64,000 nucleotides of DNA from Patescibacteria group bacterium (GTDB lineage: Bacteria; Patescibacteriota; Microgenomatia; UBA8517). The stretch lies in NCBI GenBank assembly GCA_041742135.1, contig JBGSJG010000004.1, positions 235,773 through 299,772 of the forward strand. The letters are read 5' to 3'. Positions 8,365-17,835 of the stretch are shown piece by piece (the stretch's first letter is position 1; the number at the start of each line of letters is the position of its first letter). The notes below the pieces were generated by a model. The model had not been told where the DNA came from. It saw only the letters and a program-made list of their open reading frames with translations, and did not search any database. The position numbers were made by a program, and so were the translations under genes.

Positions 8365-9645
8365 GTGAAGAAAAGCCAAAAACTTACGCTCCCTAAAGGA
8401 ACCAAAATTCCCAACCACATAGCCATTATTCCAGATGGCAACCGCCGCTGGGCGCGTGCCCGGGGGCTTTACACCCTAGAAGGCCATAGAGTCGGTTTTG
8501 AGCGTGCTGTTGAGCTTGCTCGCGCAGCCCGTAGTTGGGGAGTGCACACAATCACCTTGTGGGGATTTTCTACCGGAAATTGGGACCGCTCACCTAAGGA
8601 AATTCATTATTTGATGAAGCTTTATTCCAAGCTCATTGACGACTATATGAAGGACGCGATGAAGGAAGGAGTCAAAATTATTCACTTGGGCAGAAAAGAC
8701 AGACTGCCTAAAATTTTAATTAGAAAAATTGCTGAGGCTGAAGAAAAGACCAAAAATAACAAAAACTATATTGGCAACATCGCCCTTGATCACGGTGGCC
8801 ATGATGACATTATCCGCGCAGTACGAGGCATGATTGAAGACGGCGTGCCGGCTTCGAAGGTTGACGAGAAGACCTTTGAAAATTATCTTGACACCAAAGG
8901 CCAACCGTATCCGTATGTCGATTTACTCATTCGCACAAGCGGGGAGCAAAGAACTAGTGGGTTGCTTTTGTGGCAGATGGAGTATGCGGAAATGTACTGG
9001 GAGCGAGATCATTTCCCTGACTTTACTCCCGAGAAGCTTCGATGTGCGATTATTGATTTTTCTCGCCGAAGGCGCCGCTTTGGAGGCAATGACGCTGATG
9101 AGCATTTCAAGTTTAAGCCAGAGATTGCCGCAGGGCTTGAGCTTAACTGGTGGAGGCTTTCAAAAATCCCTGGAGACAAAACATTTGAGGATTATGCCAA
9201 GGCTCATATCAAAGAGCAGTGGGGGTTGTCCCTTTCGCTTGCTTCGCAAGCGTCAAAATACATGATACGAGCATTTCGATTTGGAAAGCGAGAGGATTGG
9301 AAAAAGGCAAATAAAAATCTGATGAGTTTTTATAAATTAATTAAAGAAGAAGTTAAGCTTGCTTTTGAGCCGTCACTCGCCGCATCGCTTCAAGTTAAGC
9401 TTTGGCAGAAAACGGAAAATGGTAAGAAGGCGGTACTCACAAGCGAGCTGGAGGACCAAACCCGCGAGCTCTTGACCGAGGTTTACAGGATCTCAGATTA
9501 CCAAGCGGCTAAAGTTGCACATCTTCGAGCTCTCGCCACTGTAGAAAAAAATCTTGCTGAGCATGGTGAGGGTGAAGAGCATTGGGACTTGGCTGAAGAG
9601 TATCTTCACATGTACTACAGAGCTTTGAAGGAAAAAGTTGCTTAA
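8365..9645 (+). CDS. uppS: Isoprenyl transferase (undecaprenyl-diphosphate synthase family) with an about 200-aa C-terminal extension of unknown function
   Basis: It has a GTG start. HIAIIPDGNRRWA, the G.....GF...N and ...RTSGE.R.S..LLWQ.EYAE.YW are cis-prenyltransferase hallmarks. The 426-aa length compares with about 250 aa for a typical UppS. Confidence 0.8.
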   Translation: MKKSQKLTLPKGTKIPNHIAIIPDGNRRWARARGLYTLEGHRVGFERAVELARAARSWGVHTITLWGFSTGNWDRSPKEIHYLMKLYSKLIDDYMKDAMKEGVKIIHLGRKDRLPKILIRKIAEAEEKTKNNKNYIGNIALDHGGHDDIIRAVRGMIEDGVPASKVDEKTFENYLDTKGQPYPYVDLLIRTSGEQRTSGLLLWQMEYAEMYWERDHFPDFTPEKLRCAIIDFSRRRRRFGGNDADEHFKFKPEIAAGLELNWWRLSKIPGDKTFEDYAKAHIKEQWGLSLSLASQASKYMIRAFRFGKREDWKKANKNLMSFYKLIKEEVKLAFEPSLAASLQVKLWQKTENGKKAVLTSELEDQTRELLTEVYRISDYQAAKVAHLRALATVEKNLAEHGEGEEHWDLAEEYLHMYYRALKEKVA

Positions 9646-9648
9646 GCG

Positions 9649-10599
9649 TTAATTTTCGATTCTTTTTTGGCTAACAAATTCATAAATCATTCTGGAAACC
9701 GTGCTTATTTGCTCGTTGGCTTGTTCTTCGCTGCCACGAACCATCGCACACAAGATATATGGTCTTTTGGGGACGTAAACGATTCCACAATCGCTAAATA
9801 TTTTTTCAGGTCTTAGTACTCCTATTTTGTGAGCAACGGGGACATTTTTGGGAATCCCCGCTGGAATTTTGTTGCTGAAGTTTGTGTGCTGAAGTATTTC
9901 GAGTACTTCATTCGAATGCTGTGGAGTAAGGTATGCAGATAGATAAAGCGCCCTAAATATCGAGGCATAATTTTTTGGGGAGACAATCGGAAGTTTGTTG
10001 TCCGAGTCTTTAGGCAGATCAAGATAGTCAAATATTTCGTCAAGAAAGGTGGGGTATTTTGAAAAGAGGACTTTGTAAGCCGTGTTGTCTGAATCGACAA
10101 GCATAGCATCGATTGCTTCTTGGACAGTGAGCGTGAATCCAGGTCCTTTTTTCCAAAGACTGCCAAAAGCGTCGTCGATGTGCTCGTCCTTTATTGTCAG
10201 TTTGTCTGTGAGTTTGATATCTCCCGACTCGACTCGTTTATACATCACCATTGCCATGGGCACTTTGATAAGGCTAGCTTGGTAGAATTCATTACGGTCA
10301 TTTACGCCAATCGAAGTTCCACTTGGGAGATACTCAAAATATATACCAATATCATTTAGTACCTCATCTGTATAACTCTTTATATCATTGCGTAACGGAG
10401 TGAAATTAACTATGACATCGTTTGCATTTTCCTGGAACACTCTAGGCGAGACAAACGCATACTTGTTTTCAAGTTGTCTAATTTTTGTCGTTATTGCTTC
10501 ATCCTTTGATTTGGTAAACAAAACTCTCGAAAGGGCGACATTCGCTCCTATACTTATCACAAGAAGAAACAAGAGTAGTATGCTTTTTGGCGTCAACAT
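9649..10599 (-). CDS. Membrane-anchored serine hydrolase, beta-lactamase class A-like
   Basis: There is an N-terminal TM helix. SLIK matches the S-x-x-K motif and DSDNTAY matches the S-D-N motif. KIG is a K-T/S-G-like variant. Confidence 0.5.
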   Translation of the reverse strand: MLTPKSILLLFLLVISIGANVALSRVLFTKSKDEAITTKIRQLENKYAFVSPRVFQENANDVIVNFTPLRNDIKSYTDEVLNDIGIYFEYLPSGTSIGVNDRNEFYQASLIKVPMAMVMYKRVESGDIKLTDKLTIKDEHIDDAFGSLWKKGPGFTLTVQEAIDAMLVDSDNTAYKVLFSKYPTFLDEIFDYLDLPKDSDNKLPIVSPKNYASIFRALYLSAYLTPQHSNEVLEILQHTNFSNKIPAGIPKNVPVAHKIGVLRPEKIFSDCGIVYVPKRPYILCAMVRGSEEQANEQISTVSRMIYEFVSQKRIEN

Positions 10600-10693
10600 G
10601 AGTAATTATTATAGCAATAGCTTATTGATTTCTAGTGCAAAATCGTGAAAAAATGACCAATGCCTACATATAGTATAGGCTTTTGTCGTTGGT

Positions 10694-13600
10694 ATGAAAT
10701 TGCTTGCCCAAAAAGTATTGTTTGATCAGGTTAAAATGCCCAAGTGGCAGTTTAAAGGTGTCTCAACCTTTATGCTTTTGCTGGGAGCTGTTGTTGGTTC
10801 ATATCTGACTACCACGAAGCTCTTGATTCCTTTGATCCGTGCTGCGGGAGATACTTACACTACTTGGGATTTTTCGGTTGACGAGAGCTTTACTCTGGGA
10901 GATTCGGACCAAGTTGAGGTTGCGAGCGATACCGCGGCAAGGCTCAAAGTAAGAACCTATGTTAGTGACGAAAATACTGCAGCGCTTTACCATCTCGACG
11001 AGACTGAAGGTACAATTGCTTCCGACTCTTCAGATAATGAGCTGAACGCAACAGCTACGGCAGCGAATTGGGAAGATGGAAACTTAAATAACGCATTTCA
11101 TTTTAATGGTAGCTCTGACAATATAACTGTTGCAGACGACGCGGCAATTTCTTTTACCGGGGCACACTCGATTGAAGCTTGGACAAAGTTTGATAACGCT
11201 TTCTCGGCTGGCAGCCATTTAACAAACCAGCCCGTTATTGATAAAGGTGATTACAGAGTTTATTTCAACAAAGAAACAGGAAAAATCAATTACGAGCTGA
11301 CTTCAAATGCACCAGCTTCTTGGGTTCAAACTGGAGGATCTGACTTTAACAATAGCTGGAGTTTTGCTACACACGATGCTGTTAAGTCGATCGCGGGAAG
11401 TAGCAGTAGCAATATCTATGTTGGGCTTGGAGGGGTCGGCCTAACAACTTTAACTCCAGATGAAGCAGAAGTTTGGCATTTTGACGGGACAGTGTGCGAA
11501 AATTGGTGGTGACGGAGTAAATCTTAGCTGGAGTTCCGGATACGACGAAGTTAACGCTTTATTGCTTGACGGCACAATCCTTTACGCGGCTGTGGGTAAT
11601 TCTGCGGGTGAAGCAGAGGTCTGGAAGTATGAAGGTGGTTCTTGGGAAAAGATCGCAGACAGTGCTCAACTTGGCAGCAGTCTTGAAAATGCTATGGCTT
11701 TGGCCCTTTATGATGACGGCGAGGGGGCCGATTTGTATGCCGGGACAGGCTACAGTAACGACGACGGAAGAGTGTTCAGATATCAAGACGACACTTGGAC
11801 TCAGATAGGTGGAAGGTACGCAGATGCCGGATATTCAAGTTGGGGGGATGCGGATAATGTGAATTACGTTTATTCCTTAGTTTCAGATGGCAATTATTTA
11901 TATGCTGGCCTTGGCGGTGCTGTAGATGAAGGGGAGCTTTGGAGATTTGATGGTTCCTTGGGGACAGATGGGCAGTGGGAGCGAATCGCGGGAACTGGGG
12001 CAGAGGCTAATTATCCATCAGGCTGGGGAGCTTCAGATGACATCGAATATGTTTTCTCTTTGGAAGTTGACGCTGATTATCTGTATGCCGGGCTTGGCTC
12101 CAACAATAACGATGGAGAAGTTTGGCGATTTGGCTTAATTTCTGAGACTTGGGAGCGGATTGGTGGGGATGGCGCGACCACTGCTGGTACTTGGGTAGCG
12201 GCAAGCGATAAGGAATCCGTACAAAGCTTGGCCGTTGACGGCAACTATCTTTATGCCGGAATTGGAAGTGGAGATTATGATGGTGAAGTTTGGAGATTTG
12301 ACCTAGTAACTGAGACTTGGGATCAAATTGGCGGTGATGGAACTTATACTAGCTGGAATAATACTCAGCGCGCGAGACGTGTGGATGCCCTAGAGATTAT
12401 CGGCGGCACACTTTACGCAGGAACATACAACTACACAGACAATGGGCAGTTGTGGACTTGGAATGGGGCGGATGATTGGACTCAGGTGGCCGGGGATTAT
12501 TTAGATAAGAGCTGGGGTTACTATGGAATCGATCGCGTAACTTCGATGACTGTAAGTGGGGAATATTTGTATGCTGGTTTGGGAATAACTGCAGGTGAAG
12601 CGCAAGTTTGGGAATATGATGGATCTGAATGGAGCATAATCGGAGGCCAAGGTGTAAACGGTAGCTGGCCTGCCGACACAATAGAGGCCGTTTATTCACT
12701 GACGGGGGGTGGAGGAGATGTTTATGCTGGGCTTGGAAACACCAATGATGATGGCCAGGTTTGGAGATACCAAGAAGGATCTTGGACTCAAATTGCAGGC
12801 AAAGGTGCTGACGCTCAATACACGGGCTGGGGAGACGCGGATAATGTAAATTATGTGTTCGCGCTCACCGAGGATGATACATATGTATATGCCGCGCTTG
12901 GTAACGGGACAAATGAAGGAGATGTGTGGAGATTTCATAAAACAAACGAGCTTTGGGAGCAAATTGCCGGAGCTGGGACAGTACTTGCAAATGGCAAGTG
13001 GACAAGTGGCTATGAAGAGGTCAACACACTTGTTGTGGACAAAAATTATCTGTATGCGGGAGTAGGTAGAAGCACTACCGCGGACAGTGATGTCTGGAGG
13101 TATGACAAAGCTGCTGAGACGTGGCTTCAGATAGGTGGGGATGGCAAAAACAACTGTTGGAGCAGTGGATTTGAGGCGCTTTACTCAATGGCATTTTACG
13201 AGGGAGACTTGTATGTTGGCCTCGGGATAAGCACGGATGATGCTGAAGTTTGGAGATGGGATGGAAGCAGTTGGAATATTGTAGGCGGCCAAGACAATGT
13301 AAATGGGAGCTGGGACAACACCACTTACGAGCGTGTACAGTCTTTGGTTGCTTTCAGTGGCAAGCTTTATGCAGGACTTGGAATGTTTAATACAATGAGC
13401 GTCTCGCTTCTTGAGAGGACACGTGAGGTGGGGCTCATGAAAGCAATGGGGATGAGGAGCCATGAAGTTCGTGAGTTATTTTTGACTGAGTCAATGACGA
13501 TGGGATTTTTTGGAGGACTGCTGGGGATTCTCATGGGAATAGGAATAGGCAAAGGCTTAAGCATATTAATTTCGGTAGTTGCCGTTTCGCGCGGTGTTGG

Positions 13601-13742
13601 CGTCGTAGATATCAGTTATCTCCCTGTTACTTTTTCAACTTTCATCATGGTTTTGTCCATCATCGTTGGCTTGGTTACTGGAATGTACCCTGCAAGGCGT
13701 GCCACAAGAATCTCCGCTTTGGACGCCCTAAGGTACGAATAG
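10694..13742 (+). pseudogene. Frameshifted gene made of two overlapping ORFs (10694-11512 and 11460-13742). It has an N-terminal TM, about 12 tandem ~55-aa repeats (beta-propeller-like) and a C-terminal partial FtsX/MacB permease domain.
   Basis: The C-terminus LLERTREVGLMKAMGMRSHEVRELFLTE...GMYPARRATRISALDALRYE is an FtsX-domain signature. The repeat consensus is YLYAGLG..GEVWRFD...W..IGGDG. The two frames join if one G is removed from gacGGGaca near 11487-11489. Confidence 0.5.
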
Positions 13743-13815
13743 GGTATTGACATCATAATGACTACTTTGATACTCTGTGTTATCAAACGATTAGTTTGAG
13801 TCATAGTAAACTTTA

Positions 13816-14025
13816 ATGTCTGACCCAAAGCAAATTAACCTCGAAAACCTTCCAGATCTTTTAACTGTCCGCGAAGTTGCTGAGATTCTTAGGGTCTCTC
13901 CTTTGACAATTAAAAGGTGGGGTAAAAAGGGCAAACTCCCTCCAATGCGAATAAACTCCCGCGGGGACCGCAGATATAAAAAGGAAGCAGTTTATGCACT
14001 TCTCGGCATGGAGCCAAAAGTGTGA
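13816..14025 (+). CDS. Excisionase/MerR-family helix-turn-helix DNA-binding protein
   Basis: LTVREVAEILRVSPLTIKRWGKKGKLPPMRINSRGDRRY is the HTH_17 (Xis) pattern. Confidence 0.6.
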   Translation: MSDPKQINLENLPDLLTVREVAEILRVSPLTIKRWGKKGKLPPMRINSRGDRRYKKEAVYALLGMEPKV

Positions 14026-14065
14026 TTTTGCGCTCCACGTAGTATAATACCTCAGCTTAGCTACC

Positions 14066-14998
14066 ATGAAGAAGTCCCTCATTTTGTTTCTTAGTATTTT
14101 CATATTGTCAGCTAATGTTGCGTTTGCTCAAACCGCAAGACCAACCGTAATGCCCATAGCCGAGGAGGCAACGGATTCAGCGGAAGCAACCGATTCGGCA
14201 ATTCTTGAAGCCACTGCGACTCCAAGCCCGACACCTGTGCCTTCGCCAAGGGTCGACATTACGCAATCGACAGAAGTTACAGCCGGAAGACTTGAACTTT
14301 TGCTCTACGAGCAGAAACTGGGCCCTGTTTTTCCGTTTAACGTAGTCAAATATGCGATCAGGGCAACAATTGACGCTGGAGTACCGCCTAACACTTTGGT
14401 GCTTCTACTTCTTTTGCCACTTGTCGTCGCGTTAATTGCAGCGGCACGGCACGTCATTGGCCTCCGTGGTTTTGGAATATTTTTACCTGCAGCCTTGGCT
14501 ATTGTGTTTGCGGCTATCGGTCCTGTGGTAGGAATTGGTTTATTCATGGTAATAGTGCTTGTCTCAACGTATTCCAGAATATTGCTTCGCACCCTCAAGC
14601 TTAAGCTTCAGTATTTGCCTCGCATGTCTTTGATGCTTTGGTTTGTAGTGGTTGGGGTCCTCTTGGCACTTTTTATGGCACCAATCATTCGCCATCCTGA
14701 TTTTACGAATGTCTCAATTTTCCCAGTCTTAATTTTGGTACTTTTGGCTGAGGACTTTTCTAAAGTGCAACTGGGCAAGTCTCCAAGAACCGCGATTATG
14801 CTAGCTTCTGAAACAATTGTTCTTTCCTTGGTGGCCTACATATTCTTAACTTTTGAGGGTCTTCAGGAATACGCTTTGATGTACCCGGAGACAATACTAA
14901 TTGGTGTTTTAATATTCGACTTTATAATGGGCCGTTACGTTGGCCTTCGCTTTTTTGAATTTTGGCGCTTTAGGCGGCTTATTATGAAGGAAAAATAG
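14066..14998 (+). CDS. Signal-peptide plus 7TM membrane protein. It resembles the 7TM module found with RimK-like ATP-grasp peptide ligases.
   Basis: An N-terminal signal peptide and a Thr/Pro/Ser linker are followed by 6-7 hydrophobic helices. It sits immediately upstream of the TIGR02291-like ATP-grasp gene. Confidence 0.5.
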   Translation: MKKSLILFLSIFILSANVAFAQTARPTVMPIAEEATDSAEATDSAILEATATPSPTPVPSPRVDITQSTEVTAGRLELLLYEQKLGPVFPFNVVKYAIRATIDAGVPPNTLVLLLLLPLVVALIAAARHVIGLRGFGIFLPAALAIVFAAIGPVVGIGLFMVIVLVSTYSRILLRTLKLKLQYLPRMSLMLWFVVVGVLLALFMAPIIRHPDFTNVSIFPVLILVLLAEDFSKVQLGKSPRTAIMLASETIVLSLVAYIFLTFEGLQEYALMYPETILIGVLIFDFIMGRYVGLRFFEFWRFRRLIMKEK

Positions 14999-15007
14999 AA
15001 AAATCTG

Positions 15008-16357
15008 ATGAAAGCTTCCGCTATTTTAGGGCTTAATGCCCGAGCACAAATTTCGTATAAGTACAATACAAACTGGGGTCGCTCAATTGCCAACTCTAAG
15101 CTTTTAACCAAAAAAGTTCTTAAAAAAGCTGGTATTCCAGCTCCTGAAATTTACAAGAAATTTCTAAAACCCGCTGATGTGCTTAATTACGATTGGGCAA
15201 AGCTGCCTGACTCCTTTGCTCTTAAACCAAGCAGAGGCCTTGGAGGCGAGGGCATTATTGTTATTAAAAAGCGTGCCAAAGACGGGTTAGGCTGGATAAC
15301 TACTTCAAGGAAGCGAATCAGGATTGAAGATTTGAAACTTCACACTCTAGATATTTTTGAAGGCGCGTATAGCTTGGAGCACGCGAGTGACATCGCATTT
15401 GCTGAAGAGTACGTTGGTCGCCACAAAGCTTTCAGAAGATACGCGTACCGCGGCACTCCAGACATTAGAATTGTGGTGTTTAATAAAGTGCCGGTTATGG
15501 CGATGCTTAGGCTTCCTACAAAAGACTCAGGTGGACGCGCAAATTTGCATCAAGGAGCGATCGGGGCGGGGATTGATATAGCAAGCGGTATTACCACAAA
15601 GGCGGTTTGGTACGGCTCACCCATCAAATATAAGCCGGGAACTCAGAGGAAGCTTCATGGTATTAGAATCCCAATGTGGACAAAGATATTGGAAATTGCG
15701 GTTATGTGCTCTGAAGCCAGCGGGCTTGGGTTTTTGGGCGTGGACGTGGTCTTGCATCCCGAGAAAGGCCCGATGATTTTGGAGCTTAATGCTCAGCCGG
15801 GTTTCCAGATTCAGCTGGCTAATGAGGCAGGCTTAAAAAAGCGATTAGACCGGGTAGAGGACTTAGAAGTCCGAGACGCTGAGCATGGAGTAAAAATTGC
15901 CAAGGTTTTATTTGCCGAGCGCTTTGCGGATCGTGTTAAGCTAGAAGAAGGTGTAAAGACCTTGAAGCCAATTGAAAAGGTCTATTTGTACGGATACAAA
16001 AGCAAGAAGAAAATTGCGATCGAGGCGAGAATTGACACGGGAGCCAGAAGAAGCTCGATAGACCGCAAACTTGCGAGCGAACTGGGGCTTTTAAATGATA
16101 ACAACGTTTTACTGCGCCGCGGTTATGCTTACGTTTCAGCCGCTGGAAGACAGTCTCGGCCTGTGATAGGGATTACCATGAGAATTGCGGGAAGAAAGCT
16201 TAATACAAGTGCATCAGTTGCGAATCGGGCAAGTATGTCGACAAAGCTTTTAATTGGCCGCAATGACTTGCAAGGATTTTTAGTTAATCCTGTACACGAT
16301 GAAATTGACGACTTGCCCAGAAAAGTTAAAAAACAAAATGATGCAAAACAATCCTAA
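15008..16357 (+). CDS. Alpha-L-glutamate-ligase-related ATP-grasp enzyme fused to a C-terminal retropepsin-like 'putative ATP-dependent Zn protease' domain
   Basis: The N-terminus ILGLNARAQISYKYN...KLLTKKVLKKAGIPAPEIY...ALKPSRGLGGEGI is a RimK-related ligase signature. The C-terminus IAIEARIDTGARRSSIDRKLASELGL...RIAGRKL is the DUF785/Zn_protease-like fold. Confidence 0.75.
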   Translation: MKASAILGLNARAQISYKYNTNWGRSIANSKLLTKKVLKKAGIPAPEIYKKFLKPADVLNYDWAKLPDSFALKPSRGLGGEGIIVIKKRAKDGLGWITTSRKRIRIEDLKLHTLDIFEGAYSLEHASDIAFAEEYVGRHKAFRRYAYRGTPDIRIVVFNKVPVMAMLRLPTKDSGGRANLHQGAIGAGIDIASGITTKAVWYGSPIKYKPGTQRKLHGIRIPMWTKILEIAVMCSEASGLGFLGVDVVLHPEKGPMILELNAQPGFQIQLANEAGLKKRLDRVEDLEVRDAEHGVKIAKVLFAERFADRVKLEEGVKTLKPIEKVYLYGYKSKKKIAIEARIDTGARRSSIDRKLASELGLLNDNNVLLRRGYAYVSAAGRQSRPVIGITMRIAGRKLNTSASVANRASMSTKLLIGRNDLQGFLVNPVHDEIDDLPRKVKKQNDAKQS

Positions 16358-17237
16358 AATTCTAATTTTTGTAGGTGGGCCAGTTGCAAAACTCGAGCCT
16401 TTCAAAGAGGTGGCAGGAGAGCTAAATGTTGACTTAACTGTAGCTTCTTTTTCGGATATAAGTTATAAGTCTGGGGAGGACAATTACACGCTCTCGGTGG
16501 GAGAGCAAGATATTGCAGATTTTGATGTGATTTATTTTCGAATGGTAGGGCGACGCCTTGAGGACGCGACGCTCGTGGCAAACTATGCCAAAAAGCACGG
16601 CATTAAAGTTTTTGACAGGCTATACCAAGATTCACTTTTAGTTCCCTCAAGTATCTCAAAAGCTCTTGAAACCGCAAAGATGATCGAGGCGGGTGTACCA
16701 ATGCCAAAGACTATTTTTGGTAGCCTTAAGTATCTTAGACATAAAGCACCCGAGCTATTCGGATTTCCATTTGTGCTCAAAAGCACTACCGGCAAAAAAG
16801 CCCGTGAAGTATGGGCGCCGAGTAGTGAAGAGGAGCTGTCCGAGCTTCTGGTTAAGCTACGCGAAATGGAAAAGTCAGGTGTGCGGTTTTTTGCTCAGGC
16901 ATTTACGCAAGCCTCTCAGCGCTACAGAGTATTTGTATTGGGCGGGCAAGTGGTAGCAGCTTTGACTCAGCCGACCAAGTGGAGAAAGCGTTTTAGCGAT
17001 AAGCTTGAGGGAGAAAAGGGCGTGGTGGAGGCTGATTCTCAAATGACTGAGCTTGCACTTGCCGCTGCAAATGCGGTGGACTTGGATATTTCTGGCGTGG
17101 ATATTCTGAAAATTGATAACTCAGGCGAGCTTGTGGTTATCGAGGCCAATGCAGCCCCATCGTGGAATCTTGTCAAAAAATACACAGACATTAACGTCGA
17201 GCGGGAGATCCTTTTATGGTTAGCCAAGCAGATTTAA
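16338..17237 (+). CDS. RimK-like ATP-grasp ligase (second copy)
   Basis: FVLKSTTGKKAREVW, ISGVDIL and LVVIEANAAPSW are ATP-grasp C-domain motifs. The start is taken at MMQNNPKILIF. Confidence 0.65.
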   Translation: MMQNNPKILIFVGGPVAKLEPFKEVAGELNVDLTVASFSDISYKSGEDNYTLSVGEQDIADFDVIYFRMVGRRLEDATLVANYAKKHGIKVFDRLYQDSLLVPSSISKALETAKMIEAGVPMPKTIFGSLKYLRHKAPELFGFPFVLKSTTGKKAREVWAPSSEEELSELLVKLREMEKSGVRFFAQAFTQASQRYRVFVLGGQVVAALTQPTKWRKRFSDKLEGEKGVVEADSQMTELALAAANAVDLDISGVDILKIDNSGELVVIEANAAPSWNLVKKYTDINVEREILLWLAKQI

Positions 17238-17833
17238 CCTTAAAACATTACCAGCGTAACTTTAAAAAGTTTGGGGTGGACCCAAAAGCTTTGTCATGGG
17301 GGAGCCGTGGAGCGGCACACCAACGCTTTCGCCAGATGTGGGCAGAGATAGACTTTAATAATAAGTCAGTTTTGGATGTTGGCTGTGGCTTTGGTGAGAT
17401 GGCGAAGTTTCTTCACAAGCGCTATAAAAACGTAAAATACACTGGAGTAGACATTGTTCCTGAGTTCATAGAAGAAGCACGCAAAGCTCATCCTTATTAC
17501 AATTTTGAGACACGCGATTACTTTAATAACCCAATAAACGCGCAATTTGACGTCGTTATGGCCTCAGGAACATTGAATTCTTATCTGGGGGATAAGAATA
17601 TTTCGTTTAGAAAAAACGCAATTAAGGTGATGTTTGAGCATAGTAAAAAAGTTTGCGTTTTTAACATGCTAGGAGGGCACCCGGCACTCGAGACCCTCGA
17701 AGGCTCAAACGTTTGGTATGCTGATAGTTTAGAAATTTTAGATTACTGCATGAGCTTGACTCGCCGCGTAATCCTTCGAGCAAACTACCACCCGACAGAC
17801 TTTACAATTTTTATGTTTCCTGTTAAAAAGTAG
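17216..17833 (+). CDS. Class I SAM-dependent methyltransferase
   Basis: VLDVGCGFGEM is motif I. It overlaps the preceding gene's end and is the fourth gene of the same plus-strand operon. Confidence 0.65.
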   Translation: MVSQADLTLKHYQRNFKKFGVDPKALSWGSRGAAHQRFRQMWAEIDFNNKSVLDVGCGFGEMAKFLHKRYKNVKYTGVDIVPEFIEEARKAHPYYNFETRDYFNNPINAQFDVVMASGTLNSYLGDKNISFRKNAIKVMFEHSKKVCVFNMLGGHPALETLEGSNVWYADSLEILDYCMSLTRRVILRANYHPTDFTIFMFPVKK

Positions 17834-17835
17834 AC

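Noticed and set aside
8834-9265. 143-aa ORF in an alternative frame inside uppS
   Set aside because: It is fully embedded in a gene with strong family motifs in another frame and has no independent signal.
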